This document shows, piece after piece, positions 23,801 through 35,006 of a stretch of 64,000 nt of DNA. Origin of the DNA: Amoebophrya sp. A120 (Eukaryota > Protista > Dinoflagellata); NCBI GenBank assembly GCA_905178155.1, contig CAJINV010000008.1, positions 124,001 to 188,000 of the forward strand. Reading direction: 5' to 3'. The notes under the pieces are model-generated. The model was not told the origin of the DNA, did no database searches, and was given only the letters and a program-made list of their open reading frames with translations. The stretch's first letter is position 1. The number at the start of each line of letters is the position of its first letter. The translations under genes and the position numbers were made by a program.

Positions 23801-26800
23801 TGGTGCTCCATAGATTCCTCATTCTCGTGTTTCGCCATTCCTGAGCCATCTTGCCTAACATGATCGTCGCCGGAAACTACAGAAAATTGTGAGTCCGGTG
23901 AAATCGGATCTACAGCTACAATACGGGCGTTTGCGGGGAGCTTCATCAAACGCGGACGCTTTCGCTCCGGAGACGTCTCGGTCTCTTCTGCATCTACTTC
24001 TTCAGCAAGCGCTCCTATGATGCTGGCCCCATCCAGGAGGTCCGTCATTTCGGAGAGTTCAACCATTCCGGACAATTCAACTGGAGGCTCCTCTCTGCTG
24101 ATATCGACCTGACCAACGGCCGAAGAACGCGAAACGAGATCGTGCCGGCGCTGATCGTTGTTCCCCATGCGCGCGGGGGCGTCAAAAATACCGTGATGGG
24201 AGCCTTGCAGCTGCCGCCGGCTCTCATTGTCTACTTCCCGAACACCCCCTCGAGCATCATCATGATTGTGTCTTCTCTTCTCGCTGGCCTGGACAGGTAG
24301 TGGCTCCAACTCCACCATCTTCTCCAACTTATTGCCACCTAGCAGGGCGTCGTCTGTATCCGTCGTCTTTCGTGGTCTCGATGTTTCGTCAGGGACGACC
24401 TCGCGGTCGTCGTGACCGACTTCGACTTGGTCCGTATGAGGATGATCGTCCTCAGGAGCGACATGTTCCACTTGCGCATCTTCTTCTTCTCGTACTATCA
24501 CAGATGTGTTGATATCGTATGGCACTTCTCGTCCCTGCTGTGGCGTCGCTTGCTTCCCGTTTCCACTTGCCGGTGGTGAGACAGAAGTGGAACGCCGGCG
24601 CCCCTTCAGCATGTCAAACACATCTTCTTGAGAGGAGTGGATTTGGTAACCAAGCACCTTCTGCCTCTCCATGATTGTACTGGAAAACATCTCGAGGAAG
24701 CTGTTCCGCTTCGGGGAGGAAGTGAATTTGCTTTGCTGCTGGTGGGCCCCGCTTGAAACGGACCGCGACAACGCTGGCTCGCTACGCTGCTTAAGGCGCG
24801 CTCGATTTGGGCTCGGAATGTTCGCCATGCTCATCTTGGAATTCCTCGGGGGAGAATTGGTATGCGACCGGCCGATCGTCCACCCTTTGGATAGTACTTG
24901 TCTTCCTAGAAGCAAAGGGGCAAGGGCGGGGGCCGGTGCATACTGCGAATCATCTTTATTTTCCTCACGACTTCTTGCTGATAGTGATACAGCGTCCATG
25001 TACTGGCTGCTCCTGCTTGCAGAAGCAAGCGACCGCTGCGAGGAGAATACGTCTGCGCCGACGCCGCCCAATGCTGCAGCAGCGTCGCTCCTGGGACACT
25101 GGGCGGCAGTCCAGGTTCCGTAGTTGCTCTTCTGCCTCGCTGACGCCTGCGCAGTATTTTCGCGTGTCCGCAGGTGGTGGAAAGCAGCTAGCGCAGGAGT
25201 AGGAGAGCCAATCGGACTGGGTCGCAGGCCTACGTTTATATTTTGTTGTAACACTTCTGGAATGAAAAAGCTTCTGGCGCCGCCAGCAGCTGCACCACCT
25301 TGCCCGTGAGAATCTTGTACATAATTCCCTGCGTTTCCGCTTGCGCCATTGTGATGGTCTTTGTCGAGGGGGAAGCGTTGCAGTCCACTCTCGTCCGAAT
25401 TGGAAAAGCGGGCGTTCATGCGCTCCAGAAGCGGTAGCGAGGACTCGTGGTCACCGGCAATGCTACTCGGCTCGTCGCTTTGCGTTTGTTTTATGAAAGC
25501 GGTATCAAGTTGCTGTCCAGCACACTGAGATGATGAGGCGGACGAAGACGGTGCAGTACCGACCTGAAAATTTTCCATCCTTGCGACGAGTGAGAGGGAC
25601 GACAGCCCATCTGTAGCGGACTGAACTTGATGCTCATCAAAAGCATCAGTGTTGTCCTCCGCTACCGGTTCGGGTAGTAGAGGCGGCCCGGCGAGCTCGA
25701 GGTCTTCCTCCAACGGAAATTCGCGCAGCAGTTCCGAATCCAGAATCCACTCTTCCCGGAATAGGCATACAACGGTGCGATCAGTCAGGGCATAGTTCGC
25801 AGAGGCAGGAAACATGCGACGAACATCCATTCTGCGCTTACCGAAGCCGGACCAGGGAATAGCTTCCGGAGGCTGCGGGAAATAACCGCGGCATAGCCCG
25901 CGCGAGGCAGCGTTTGCGGCAACGTTTGCATCGAACCGAGCGAGCAGGTCGCGCGACTCAACAGGTAGGTAGTCCTGCCCTGGGATCTGGTAGGTGATTG
26001 CCTGCTCTGCCTCGCCCTGTTGCCGTAGACGTCGCCAGAAAAGTAGTTGGCGGAAGTTTCTGGGGAACCCGTCACACTTCTGAAAGCCCACCTTCACGAA
26101 GTCGGGTATGTGTGGATGGGAAAACGACTCAAAATTGAACGTGTTGTACTGGACCGCAAGCAGTTTTCCATCGCGAAGCGCAAGCCGGTCGGGTCCCACC
26201 GCATGCACGATTGGAGCAGACAAATGGCGGCCTTGTTGGCACTCGACCGCGTCGCGCCCCTGAACTCGCAGCGTCAGCCCTGTCTCGGACACGGGCAGGT
26301 GGTGTTCCCGCCAAAAGGCCTCTTGCTTTTCGAAAGGAAACATTTCGATGAACCGATCGAAAGGCACCTGCTCGCGAAACTGCCACACCGACCGAGTCCG
26401 CACTTCGTCCAGAAGAACGGGCCCCCAGTCGTCATACTTCAACTTTGCTGCCGCCGGTGCAACGGTTTTCTCTTGCTGTGCGAGGAGTTCGGCACAAAAC
26501 TTACAGATCGGCTCGCCAAAATCATTTGTCGGGCGAGGACCCGATCCACAACAATTGGCATTGCAGATCATTGCACGGCAACTACCGCACTGTCGCAGCG
26601 AACCTGGAGTATTGTAGAGGTTTCGTTTGACAAGCGCTACGAACACAATCACAAAGACAAAAATGACATAACAGAAAAATAAGTGATAAAAAGTGTTTCA
26701 ACTCAACATAGATAGTACCCGAATCACAAGAATCGTCGCCTGCGGGGAAGCGCCTGCATTCGACACAGACCGGCAGCAGGGGGTCCCATCCGGCGCACAT

Positions 26801-27979
26801 ATCGCAGCGGTAGCCGTGCTGTTCGATCTCCCTCAGTATAGCCTTGTTTTCGATGCCCAATGCCCTCCAGTCCGGATCGCTAAAAATTGGCGGCCAAAAG
26901 CACTGGCGGCACGTAAAGCTGCCGCACTCCTGGCACTGCACATGGTATGCCTCTTCGCGCCGTTGATCAGCCGTGAAGACCAGGGAGGCTATATTCATGT
27001 TTGCGCAGTATTGGCAATCGTCCAAACCAAGCTCCTTGCTTCTTTCACAAACAGCAGCCGCACGATTATTCTTCCCGCGCGTGGCCCGGCGGCCCGTACA
27101 GGAGCTTGGATGACTCGGGTGACGTCCATGGGCGGGGCCGCTAGCACAACTAGAGAGACCGCTCCTTTCGACATCGTCCAGAGAACAGAGCGACCCGTCG
27201 CTTCTGACACTGCCACTCGGGCTCCCGGGCACGGCAGTGTTTTGTTGGTAGGGGAGCGGGTGGGCGGACTCGTTACGCGGCCATCGATCAGTGCTACTAG
27301 AATCCTGCATGAAAGAACCATGCAGCGGCCGCCGGTCTTGCTCCACTACGACCTCCACCTGACCCAGTGCAGGCGCAGGCTGTGCAGGTTGAGAAATAAC
27401 TCTCTGGCGTTCTACTTGTTCTACTCTATGATCAGCAATGCCTCCTCCGGTACCGGTTCCGTACTGTGAACGTGAATAATCGCTACCTGCTCCTCTTTGG
27501 TGCGCAAAATCAGATTGAGATTGCCCACGTCCGGGTCGTCCACGGTCTCCGTGGGAAGTTAGCGGAGGTGGAGTTCGCGGAAGGTCGGGAAGACGAACAT
27601 CTGGCAGTGTTGCAGCTCCCCCAGGAGGACCTCGCTCCCCGCGGCTTCGTCGTCGTGCTGTCACTGGAATTTCGTGTCCGCATTCTACACTTGCCGTGCC
27701 TGTTCGTTGTTCTCGTTGCAGAGACGAGTGCAAGAACACGTCAGTTTCATTGAAGCCGCGCTGTGGCGCTACAACCGCTGAGGAAAATTGCTGAGGATCT
27801 GGATGGGCGCCCCGATTTGGAAAAATGGTCGGCGTCATCTGCTGCAGTACCGGAGAGGACGACGAGGACGAGGACGCGGATGACGTGGCGCCAGCCACTC
27901 CACAGGCTATCCAACTAGCGCCACGATGTGTCGCTTGCGGAATGGGATAAGTTTGCATGTTATTGTATGCGTATGCCAT
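17826..27979 (-). CDS. Giant (~2,900 aa) multidomain protein: Cys-rich Zn-finger-like N-terminus, disordered linker, TV-Pol/family-A polymerase-like domain, coiled coil, AT-hook, SANT/Myb
   Basis: ORFs 26582..27979, 22408..26652, 21845..22285, 18725..21214, 18235..18756 and 17826..18113 join through GT-AG introns (~26604-26718, 22279-22505, ~18596-18743) and two introners; the last junction is not resolved. Pol motifs: GRRYA..SLQ, DVDLQNCYPTLL, AKELLLRLLYGG, SALCFDGMLV, LGYTVRFEIKP. AT-hook GRGRGRPKK; SANT-like WSKADEKKL...YWERVSQDVGRPIAECRARW. Confidence 0.7.
21235..21495. mobile_element. Introner, 261 bp
   Basis: 29-bp TIR TAT(C/G)AA(A/T)TG(T/C)AAAAATGTCTGGGTCTGGA; TSD CAGGA at 21230-21234 and 21496-21500. 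Removal gives ELPQLL-LEAERIVQLKLG. Confidence 0.9.
21545..21849. mobile_element. Introner, 305 bp (same family as 54523-54829)
   Basis: ~50-bp TIR TATGA...CCTCAG..TGGAAATCCTCAAAGTG.AAATAATTTGT.ATGCA; TSD TTGAG/TTGAC (one mismatch). Removal gives YHNQTS-SFLDSM. Confidence 0.88.
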
Positions 27980-29201
27980 TTATTTGATTTTCTTTTTCGT
28001 CCGCGGCGCAGGCGCAGCGACAGCTGCAGTCGCCTGCTCCTTTGCGCGCAAAAACAAAACTTCAAGCTTGCTCTGTTTCGCTGGTGGAGCATGTATCGCT
28101 GGTTTCCACCATGTTGAAGATCTGAAGTGAACTACAGCACCGCAAACACTATGATCAGCTTCCCGATGAATCGAAAATACTCGCCTCTTAAGTTAGGATG
28201 TACTCGATCAATGTGTTGGCGGAAAAAATCATGAGTTGCAGTAGCAATTGGTCAGCACGTGCTAATCCTATACTAACATGTACATGGAGATGAATCAGGC
28301 TCACTACAAAAATAATCACTATCATTCAACTGTGGTTAGTGTTCATTATTACAGCCTGCAACTGAAGAAAGTAAGAGTATCCGCTTCAAGATAACCGTTG
28401 AGTGCACTTTTGTCCTACTTGTGCTTGCAATCCTCCTCCATCTTCTTCGTCATCCACCATGGTTTTTCACTACTACATGTTCTGCTCGATTTGGTGACCG
28501 GTTCTCATTCGTAGTGACTCTCGTTGGATGTCTCCTCATGCTCAACGTCATCCCCTTCTTGCAGCAGCAAAAATAAATAACACAAACAAAAAGACGTTGA
28601 ACTTTTCTGTTTTATTAATAAGAGGAATATAGTGAACTATCAATATGCTGGGGGAAGGGGACGACATTTTTCTTACATTCAGGCACGATACGGAGACAGA
28701 ATTAATGTAAAATACTCTGTCACTTTAAGGGAACAAGCATGTCGTGTCTGTGTGAGAGCGTAATATTGTAACTACGGGGCTCCGGTTCCTATCGGCGGAC
28801 GGACATTGAAAACTTGCGCGAAAAAGACCACCTAGAGAACAACGAGTTTAAAACCCGGGATCCGTTTCATAGCAACGCAAATACTAGGCATAGCCCTTTT
28901 CGCGATGCGCATAGTGTTTCCTTTGAAAAGATGATATATAATATCATCTTGCTTCTGCTTGTGCTTTTAGCGCATTCGATTATCTTTTCCACATTTGGAA
29001 TTGGATCAGGATCAGAGGACTCCTCCAGCTCTTTGTTCTTGTTAAAATGTGTTTATTACTCGGCATTGAAGAGTCCTTAACCAAACCGGAACCTTCGTTT
29101 CCCAATCAAACAGTGCAAGCATCGATCTCCTCCTACGCATCAGCCGTGGAGGACTATAACAGGCCTCTCGTCCTCTTTCATCAAGCGAGCGCAACTTTTT
29201 G

Positions 29202-32200
29202 TCACGGCGAGTCAAACACTCGCTGTGACGCGGAGACCGGCGGATCCCTACGCCCGGATATCCTGTCATGGTCCGTGCGACGGCTGGTCGTGCCGCGTCG
29301 GCTGGCTGAGCCTGCGTTGTCGACATCGAACGGATCCTGTGTACTGAAGAGGCGCACTTTTCCGCAAGACAGTAAGTCGTCCTCAGGGTGTTGGTGCCCC
29401 GCAGCAACGCCCCCGCCAGAGGAGCCGATGACTTCGCTGCTGCCCCCGGCGTGCTGCGGCAACCGGCTCGCTGCTCCTGCACGCACGACCGACCGCTGCT
29501 GGTGTTGCTGCTGACCCCCGCCACGAACCGCGGAAACCGATTCGAAAATTTTCCCGGCACTGTTCTGCTGCTGATCGCGTCGCCGGGCGCTCCAGTTCGT
29601 GCTGTTCATCATCGTGCCCCCCCGAGCGGCGATTCCGCCAGCCACACTGGGGCTCAAGTGCAGCAGCGACAAACGCCTTTGGTCAGCTGGACTGGGTCGC
29701 GCCGGGGGGCTTTGCGCCGACGCGGCGGCCATCTCGTCGTACACGGCGAAGTCCGCGCGGGTGACCTGAGTCACGTTCTGAACGGGCACGTTGGGGTTCG
29801 GCCGTCGCCTTTCGCGGCTGCCGCTGTTGTCCCGCCGAAGCACGGCAGGCAGCGGCTCGGAGTTCATCTCTCCAGGATGGCGCGGGTTGCTGTTGGACCG
29901 GAACAGCGGAATTTGCGGGCGGTTTCCAAACAGCATCCCGCCCCCGGCGCCCGCCCGTGGGTGTCGCGGCGAGAGACCACTGATGATCCGCCCGTTGTTG
30001 TTCACCACGACCGGCGGGCCAGCACCACTCGCGGAGCTACTGCTGCTACCACCTCCCGTGCCTGCTGTTACAGCGCTCTGATTCATGACCAGGCCCCCGC
30101 CGCCGCCACTCGTCGATATGTGGTGCAACAGTTCTGCGGAGTGCTCCAGGGGAACCGCGTTCTCGTCGGAAGCCGGCCGCTGAGGAATTTCCATGGAAAC
30201 ATCACGGCGCCCACCGAAAACCGCGGAGTTGTTCAAACTCATGGACGGTGAAGCGCCCCGAGACGGTAGTGGCTTGCTGTGAGATCCGGGTGGTCGCTTC
30301 TGCCCGCTTGAGGGACTGCGCTGGCGGAGCATGCGGTCCTGTAGGCTCTTTTTCAGCGGCCCGGTGAGCTCTTGTTCGCGCTTTTGCGACAACTTCGAAT
30401 CGAAGGAATGGTGCGGCCGCAAGATTTTCTTTCCCGAGCCCGACGAGCGGGCGCTTACCGCGGACCTTCTCGCATCCGCCTGACCACTCTTGCGCCCGTC
30501 CGCGATGGAAGATTCTCTGCTGCCCGCAGCACCGCCAGCACCCTGGCTGGTTTTTGCCTCGGATTTCTTTGAGTGAAAATGAAGCGCCGGCTGTGATTTT
30601 GATACGTCGGGAAGGCTTGTTGAGGCCCCGATGATGGAAGAATGTGCTTTTAGCTGTCGTGGCCGCTTTGCCTTCGGCGCCAAATCCTGAATTTTCCCTG
30701 TCGTGTCGTCGAAGAGCGCGCCAACGTCCCTCATGGCGCGCTTGGTCGCGAAGGTGAGCTCCTCCTCGTTTAGCGCCACACCGTGGGCAGCGGCGCCTGA
30801 GCGGCCGCGGCCAAACAAGCCGGTGTTGTTCTCGCCGCCGCCCTCGAGAATCCGACGCACTTCCCGAGTCATGTTGCCGGCGTTGGTCATTTCCGGTTCG
30901 ATGCTGACATGTGGGCGATCGCGGTGCTCGGAAAATGGCAATGGTTGAACATCATGATCGGCATTCATCACGTTGTCGCGTTTGATGTCATTCCTGCCCG
31001 CACTGGTAGTGCCTTGTTGCGCGCTTGATGAAAATTGCGGTTCTGACGCACCTTTTCTTGTCGAGTGATGCTGCTCAACATCAACTCCCCCTGTATGTGT
31101 ATCGCTTAGCAGGCGACCGGCGCCGAGTGGAAGCGGCAGGATTTTTGCAGCACCGTCGCTAGTCTCTTTCTTGCGCCACGCATCCCAGAATTTTTCTGCC
31201 CGCATTTCCTCTATCGATATTCCGGACGGCAGAAAGCCGAAAACGAAATTGCTTTTCTTTCGGCTGTCGTGATGCGACTCCATCGCTGGGAGGGGTCCGG
31301 AGGTCGGATCTTGTTCCAGGATCAACGTGACTTCGTGGCTCAGGTCGTTCTTACTCTGCATTTTTAGCATGTCACTCTTCTCGTTTCCCCTGTTATCCAC
31401 CCGCCCTCCACCAGGAACCAGCTGATCATTGCATCGCTGTAGTCGGTGACCATATGTAGCTGCTGGGGGACCGCCCGGACCTTCGCTTTCGTGCCTTAGC
31501 ACTTGCATTTCACCGAAGTGCACCCTCGAGCTCGAACTACTGGAGGGTTTAACTGGCTGATCGCTAGCGCCAGGCGTGGTGGTTGCTCCCGGTACTGCCA
31601 TCGCGGCGCAAGCGGGCTGAGAGTCTTCCATCTTTTCCTCGGCCACGTCTAGCACCCGCCCGAACGCACGCTTCTTGGTTTTCGGACCCGATGGACAAGT
31701 CACAGAAGTAGCTGCCGTAGATGGTGCAACAGCTGTAACATGAGGGCGCTCATCTTCCTTTTGCAACGCCTCTGAGTATTCCTGGAACTCATCGTCGCAA
31801 AACAATTCAAAGGAACTGCTTGCAGTGGTTGTTTTTTTGTTCGGTATGATGTTCCTGTAACCTGACGATGACGTCGACGAAGCGGGCGCGGCCGGAATCG
31901 CCTTCATTCCGTCCCAGTTCACAGCCTTCTTGACGTTTTCGGACCGGAAAGCTGGCGCTGCTTCTAGCGATGTGGGAAATGGCAATTGACTCCACTCGGA
32001 CTCCTATGGTATATGTTGTATTAGAATTTGCATTTTGAACTCAAGCAGCTGCACATGGACAAGCACATGAAGTCACCAGATACGTATGTGCATTGTTTTC
32101 TACTTTTTCTACGGCAACGGCACGTAAGCACACAACTGATATGAAAATGCAGCAAATGCAAAATTCTGTACAAAGTCAAATATGTTCTGTCGCTGTGCCC

Positions 32201-33727
32201 CAGCAAGTTCGTCCCTCGGCGACAGGACGGTCCAATTGCGAGCCGTGGCGAACGCGCTGGCAGAAGCGGGTGGTATTGAAGACGAGGTCTGACCAGGAAC
32301 GGAAGACCCGGAGCATGACGTTGCCTGTCCCCAGCGGTCGTTGCCAACCGGTTGCGGCTGCGATGACGACATCATTTGGCCGAGCAAACCGCCGACGACC
32401 GGACGTCGCACCATCGATTTTGCGTCCTTCCCACTCAGTGGGTTGAAGGCCTGACGACTGCTGGAGGAACTGGCCTGCTGGTGCTGCGGCATCTGCTCCA
32501 TTTGTTCAGGTGGCACATCATCGCTCTCGTTCTGGTCCTTCAGATCGCGCTTCACCCGCTCCACCATGCGCACCTGGAATCGGTCGTAGTCCTCCTGCAG
32601 CTTCACGAAAGGCTCGGCCTTCCGCGCGAGACCCATCTTGTAAACGTCTTCGGTATCCTCGAACCGACGCGCTTTCTCCAGTACCGAGGCCCAAGCCATG
32701 TAGAAAAGACCTGTACAACGGAAGACGTTCTTTTGATATCAACTAAAACGATCGGTAGATGAATAAAATAGATCGATGCGACCACTCAGCACAGTTGCTA
32801 GCCCGTCGTCCACTCCTTTGACTCTGTTAAGTGCGCCGCAGTAATAGATGCTGAAAATGAAGCCATCTTTACATGATCAGTGAGTTGGTGGTCTTATAGG
32901 AAAGTAATCGAAATACAAATAGACTATTTGTATTTCGATTACTTTTGAAATAGTTTGATACCGAAGGTCTGCCCAATGCCATTAGCCCAGAGAAATGGAA
33001 ACATATCGACGCTGTTCTTCAGACAATGCTCGCCATACATGAGCCACAGTGTCAAGTATCGGTAGTCGCTCTTGTACCGGGTCTCTGCGAAAAACTTCCG
33101 GGTGGCGCGTTCGAGATATTGTTGAAATTCCATTGGGTGGGCTTTCCGCGTCGTTTGCTGCTGCCACCATTTGGCATAACCGTGCCTGCAAGTTTCATTT
33201 TATGGTGCGGAACGAGTAGAAGCACGTGTACGGGTGCGGAAGAGTACTTCTTATAAATATATTCTTTCAGGTGAGGAGCAAATCAATAAGGAAAAGGAAG
33301 ACATTATGAAGCAATGGGCTGCAGCTCGGGGTAGTCGTAATCATAAAACATATTTGTTCATTTTTGATATCTTCGTCTTCCTGTACCAACAGTGGCACGT
33401 TCATCACATCATACACTCTATCGATCCGGCTTGCTTATCATGCCTTTCGACTTCATCGCTAAGAATGAACAAAACAACGGAACGTCCGACCAGACAACAC
33501 AACTACAGAAAGAATCAGGTGAAATGGAAGGTTTACCATGCGGCCAAGGGGTCCGGCGAGGATTCATTTCTGATATCTGCCTCCCACCGCGCTCGCTCCT
33601 CGTCCAGTCGTGAGTCCTGCTGCTCCGGCTCCTCGTCAAGAACCACTAAGGCAGCAGCGCCCCGTCCGCGCTTCAAGGGCACTATGTTTTCCTTGCATTC
33701 CTCGACCTTGCCGATGTCGAATACCAT
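29202..33727 (-). CDS. MadBub/Mad3-BubR1-like spindle checkpoint protein without a visible kinase domain
   Basis: KENIVPLKRGR KEN box, DPLAAW, TPR region YKSDYRYLTLWL...GIGQTF.LFYMAWA...GLARKAEP, ABBA-like FELFCDDE and FAVYDE, GLEBS-like ISIEEMRA, CD1-like TFATKRAMRDVGALF. Four exons with GT-AG introns; stop TGA at 29202. Confidence 0.85.
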
Positions 33728-35006
33728 GATCGACGCGGCGGCGGGTTCTACTTCTACTCGTCTCGTAGCAAGATATAAAAGATCGGCAACATCGAGCTTC
33801 CCGACACGGCGACGCGTCCGCAACCAAGTGCTTCACCTTGAAGGAAACCAGGATCTTCGTGCTCACGCACAACTTCTACCTTGCTCACAACTTCCTTGGC
33901 AAATGCCGGTGCTTTCCGGTCTTGCGTTACAGGCCGGACGAGGGTAAGGATTTTTGGTTTTTGTTTAGAAAAGCCGCTCGAGAGTGCTATCAACGGCTCT
34001 TAATGTTCGTGAAGCAGGGGAGTAGATGTAGATCTTGTGATGCTTCCACTACTGGAAAATCCTTTTGCGCGCAACAGAAGCAGCACCATCTTCTGCCGCT
34101 GACGCTGTGCTGACATAGAAAAAGTTCAATAAGAATAAGTATCAAAGAAAGCGAGTGCAGCCACCGAAGCCACTAGGTACCCAAACTATATTTCCATTGT
34201 TCTTGCTCCTATTGGCTTTCGCTAGATCTAGAAATACGGTAGTGACAATCAGAAGAGCGACTTTGTAACGGACACGAAGCAAACTTCGACGAGGGCTTTG
34301 CTATACTGCTCAGGAAAGAGTATGACGGCTGCACCAGCACTACTTCTCTCTTTTTCTGCTCATACGCCAGCATCTGCGAAACATTCTACACCAGCGTGAG
34401 TGGCTCGCATCCAGTGGCTCGCGTCCTCCAGATGTCTACGTTGCATGCTACGTGGCCTCGTAGTTTATGATCTCTTAACCTACTTACACAAACGACTCCT
34501 AGAGTTCGGCACGTGTTCTGTCTCTGACTGTCAGCAAAATCACTTCGACCTCTAAAAAGTTCGACGTCGAGTGCGAGCGGCGAGGACGGAAAAAGGGAAC
34601 GCAACATTTGAACAGCGAGCCTCTCCTCGTCTTCATTGACTTTTCCATGGTGCGTTCAGTAATATGACAAGATTGCCATCACCGGATGCAGCACTACGCG
34701 GACTCTGCAGCTTCAATATAAAAAAAGCGACTTTTCGACACACACTCTTTGCATTGGCATTTGCAATTGCAGTGCAATCGTCTATTTCTCCTTGACCGTG
34801 GTCCGACTCCGAGGAGTTGACCTCATCTACTCAGCATTACACATAGTTCTGTTTCCGCTATCTCGTAAGACTCTTTACCAGGATATCATGCACGAGTTCT
34901 TCATGTTGACTCGGCATCAACTTCGTTTGGTTTGTTTACGAAAAGAAGTAGTTGTAGTTTTAGATAGAAGTACTGCTCCTACTCCACTCTATCCGAATGC
35001 GTAACC

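Noticed and set aside
8269-31985. Full reassignment of TAA/TAG to Gln
   Set aside because: Gln-rich ORFs of 750-1,400 aa contain no TAA/TAG, and several genes end in TAA or TAG.
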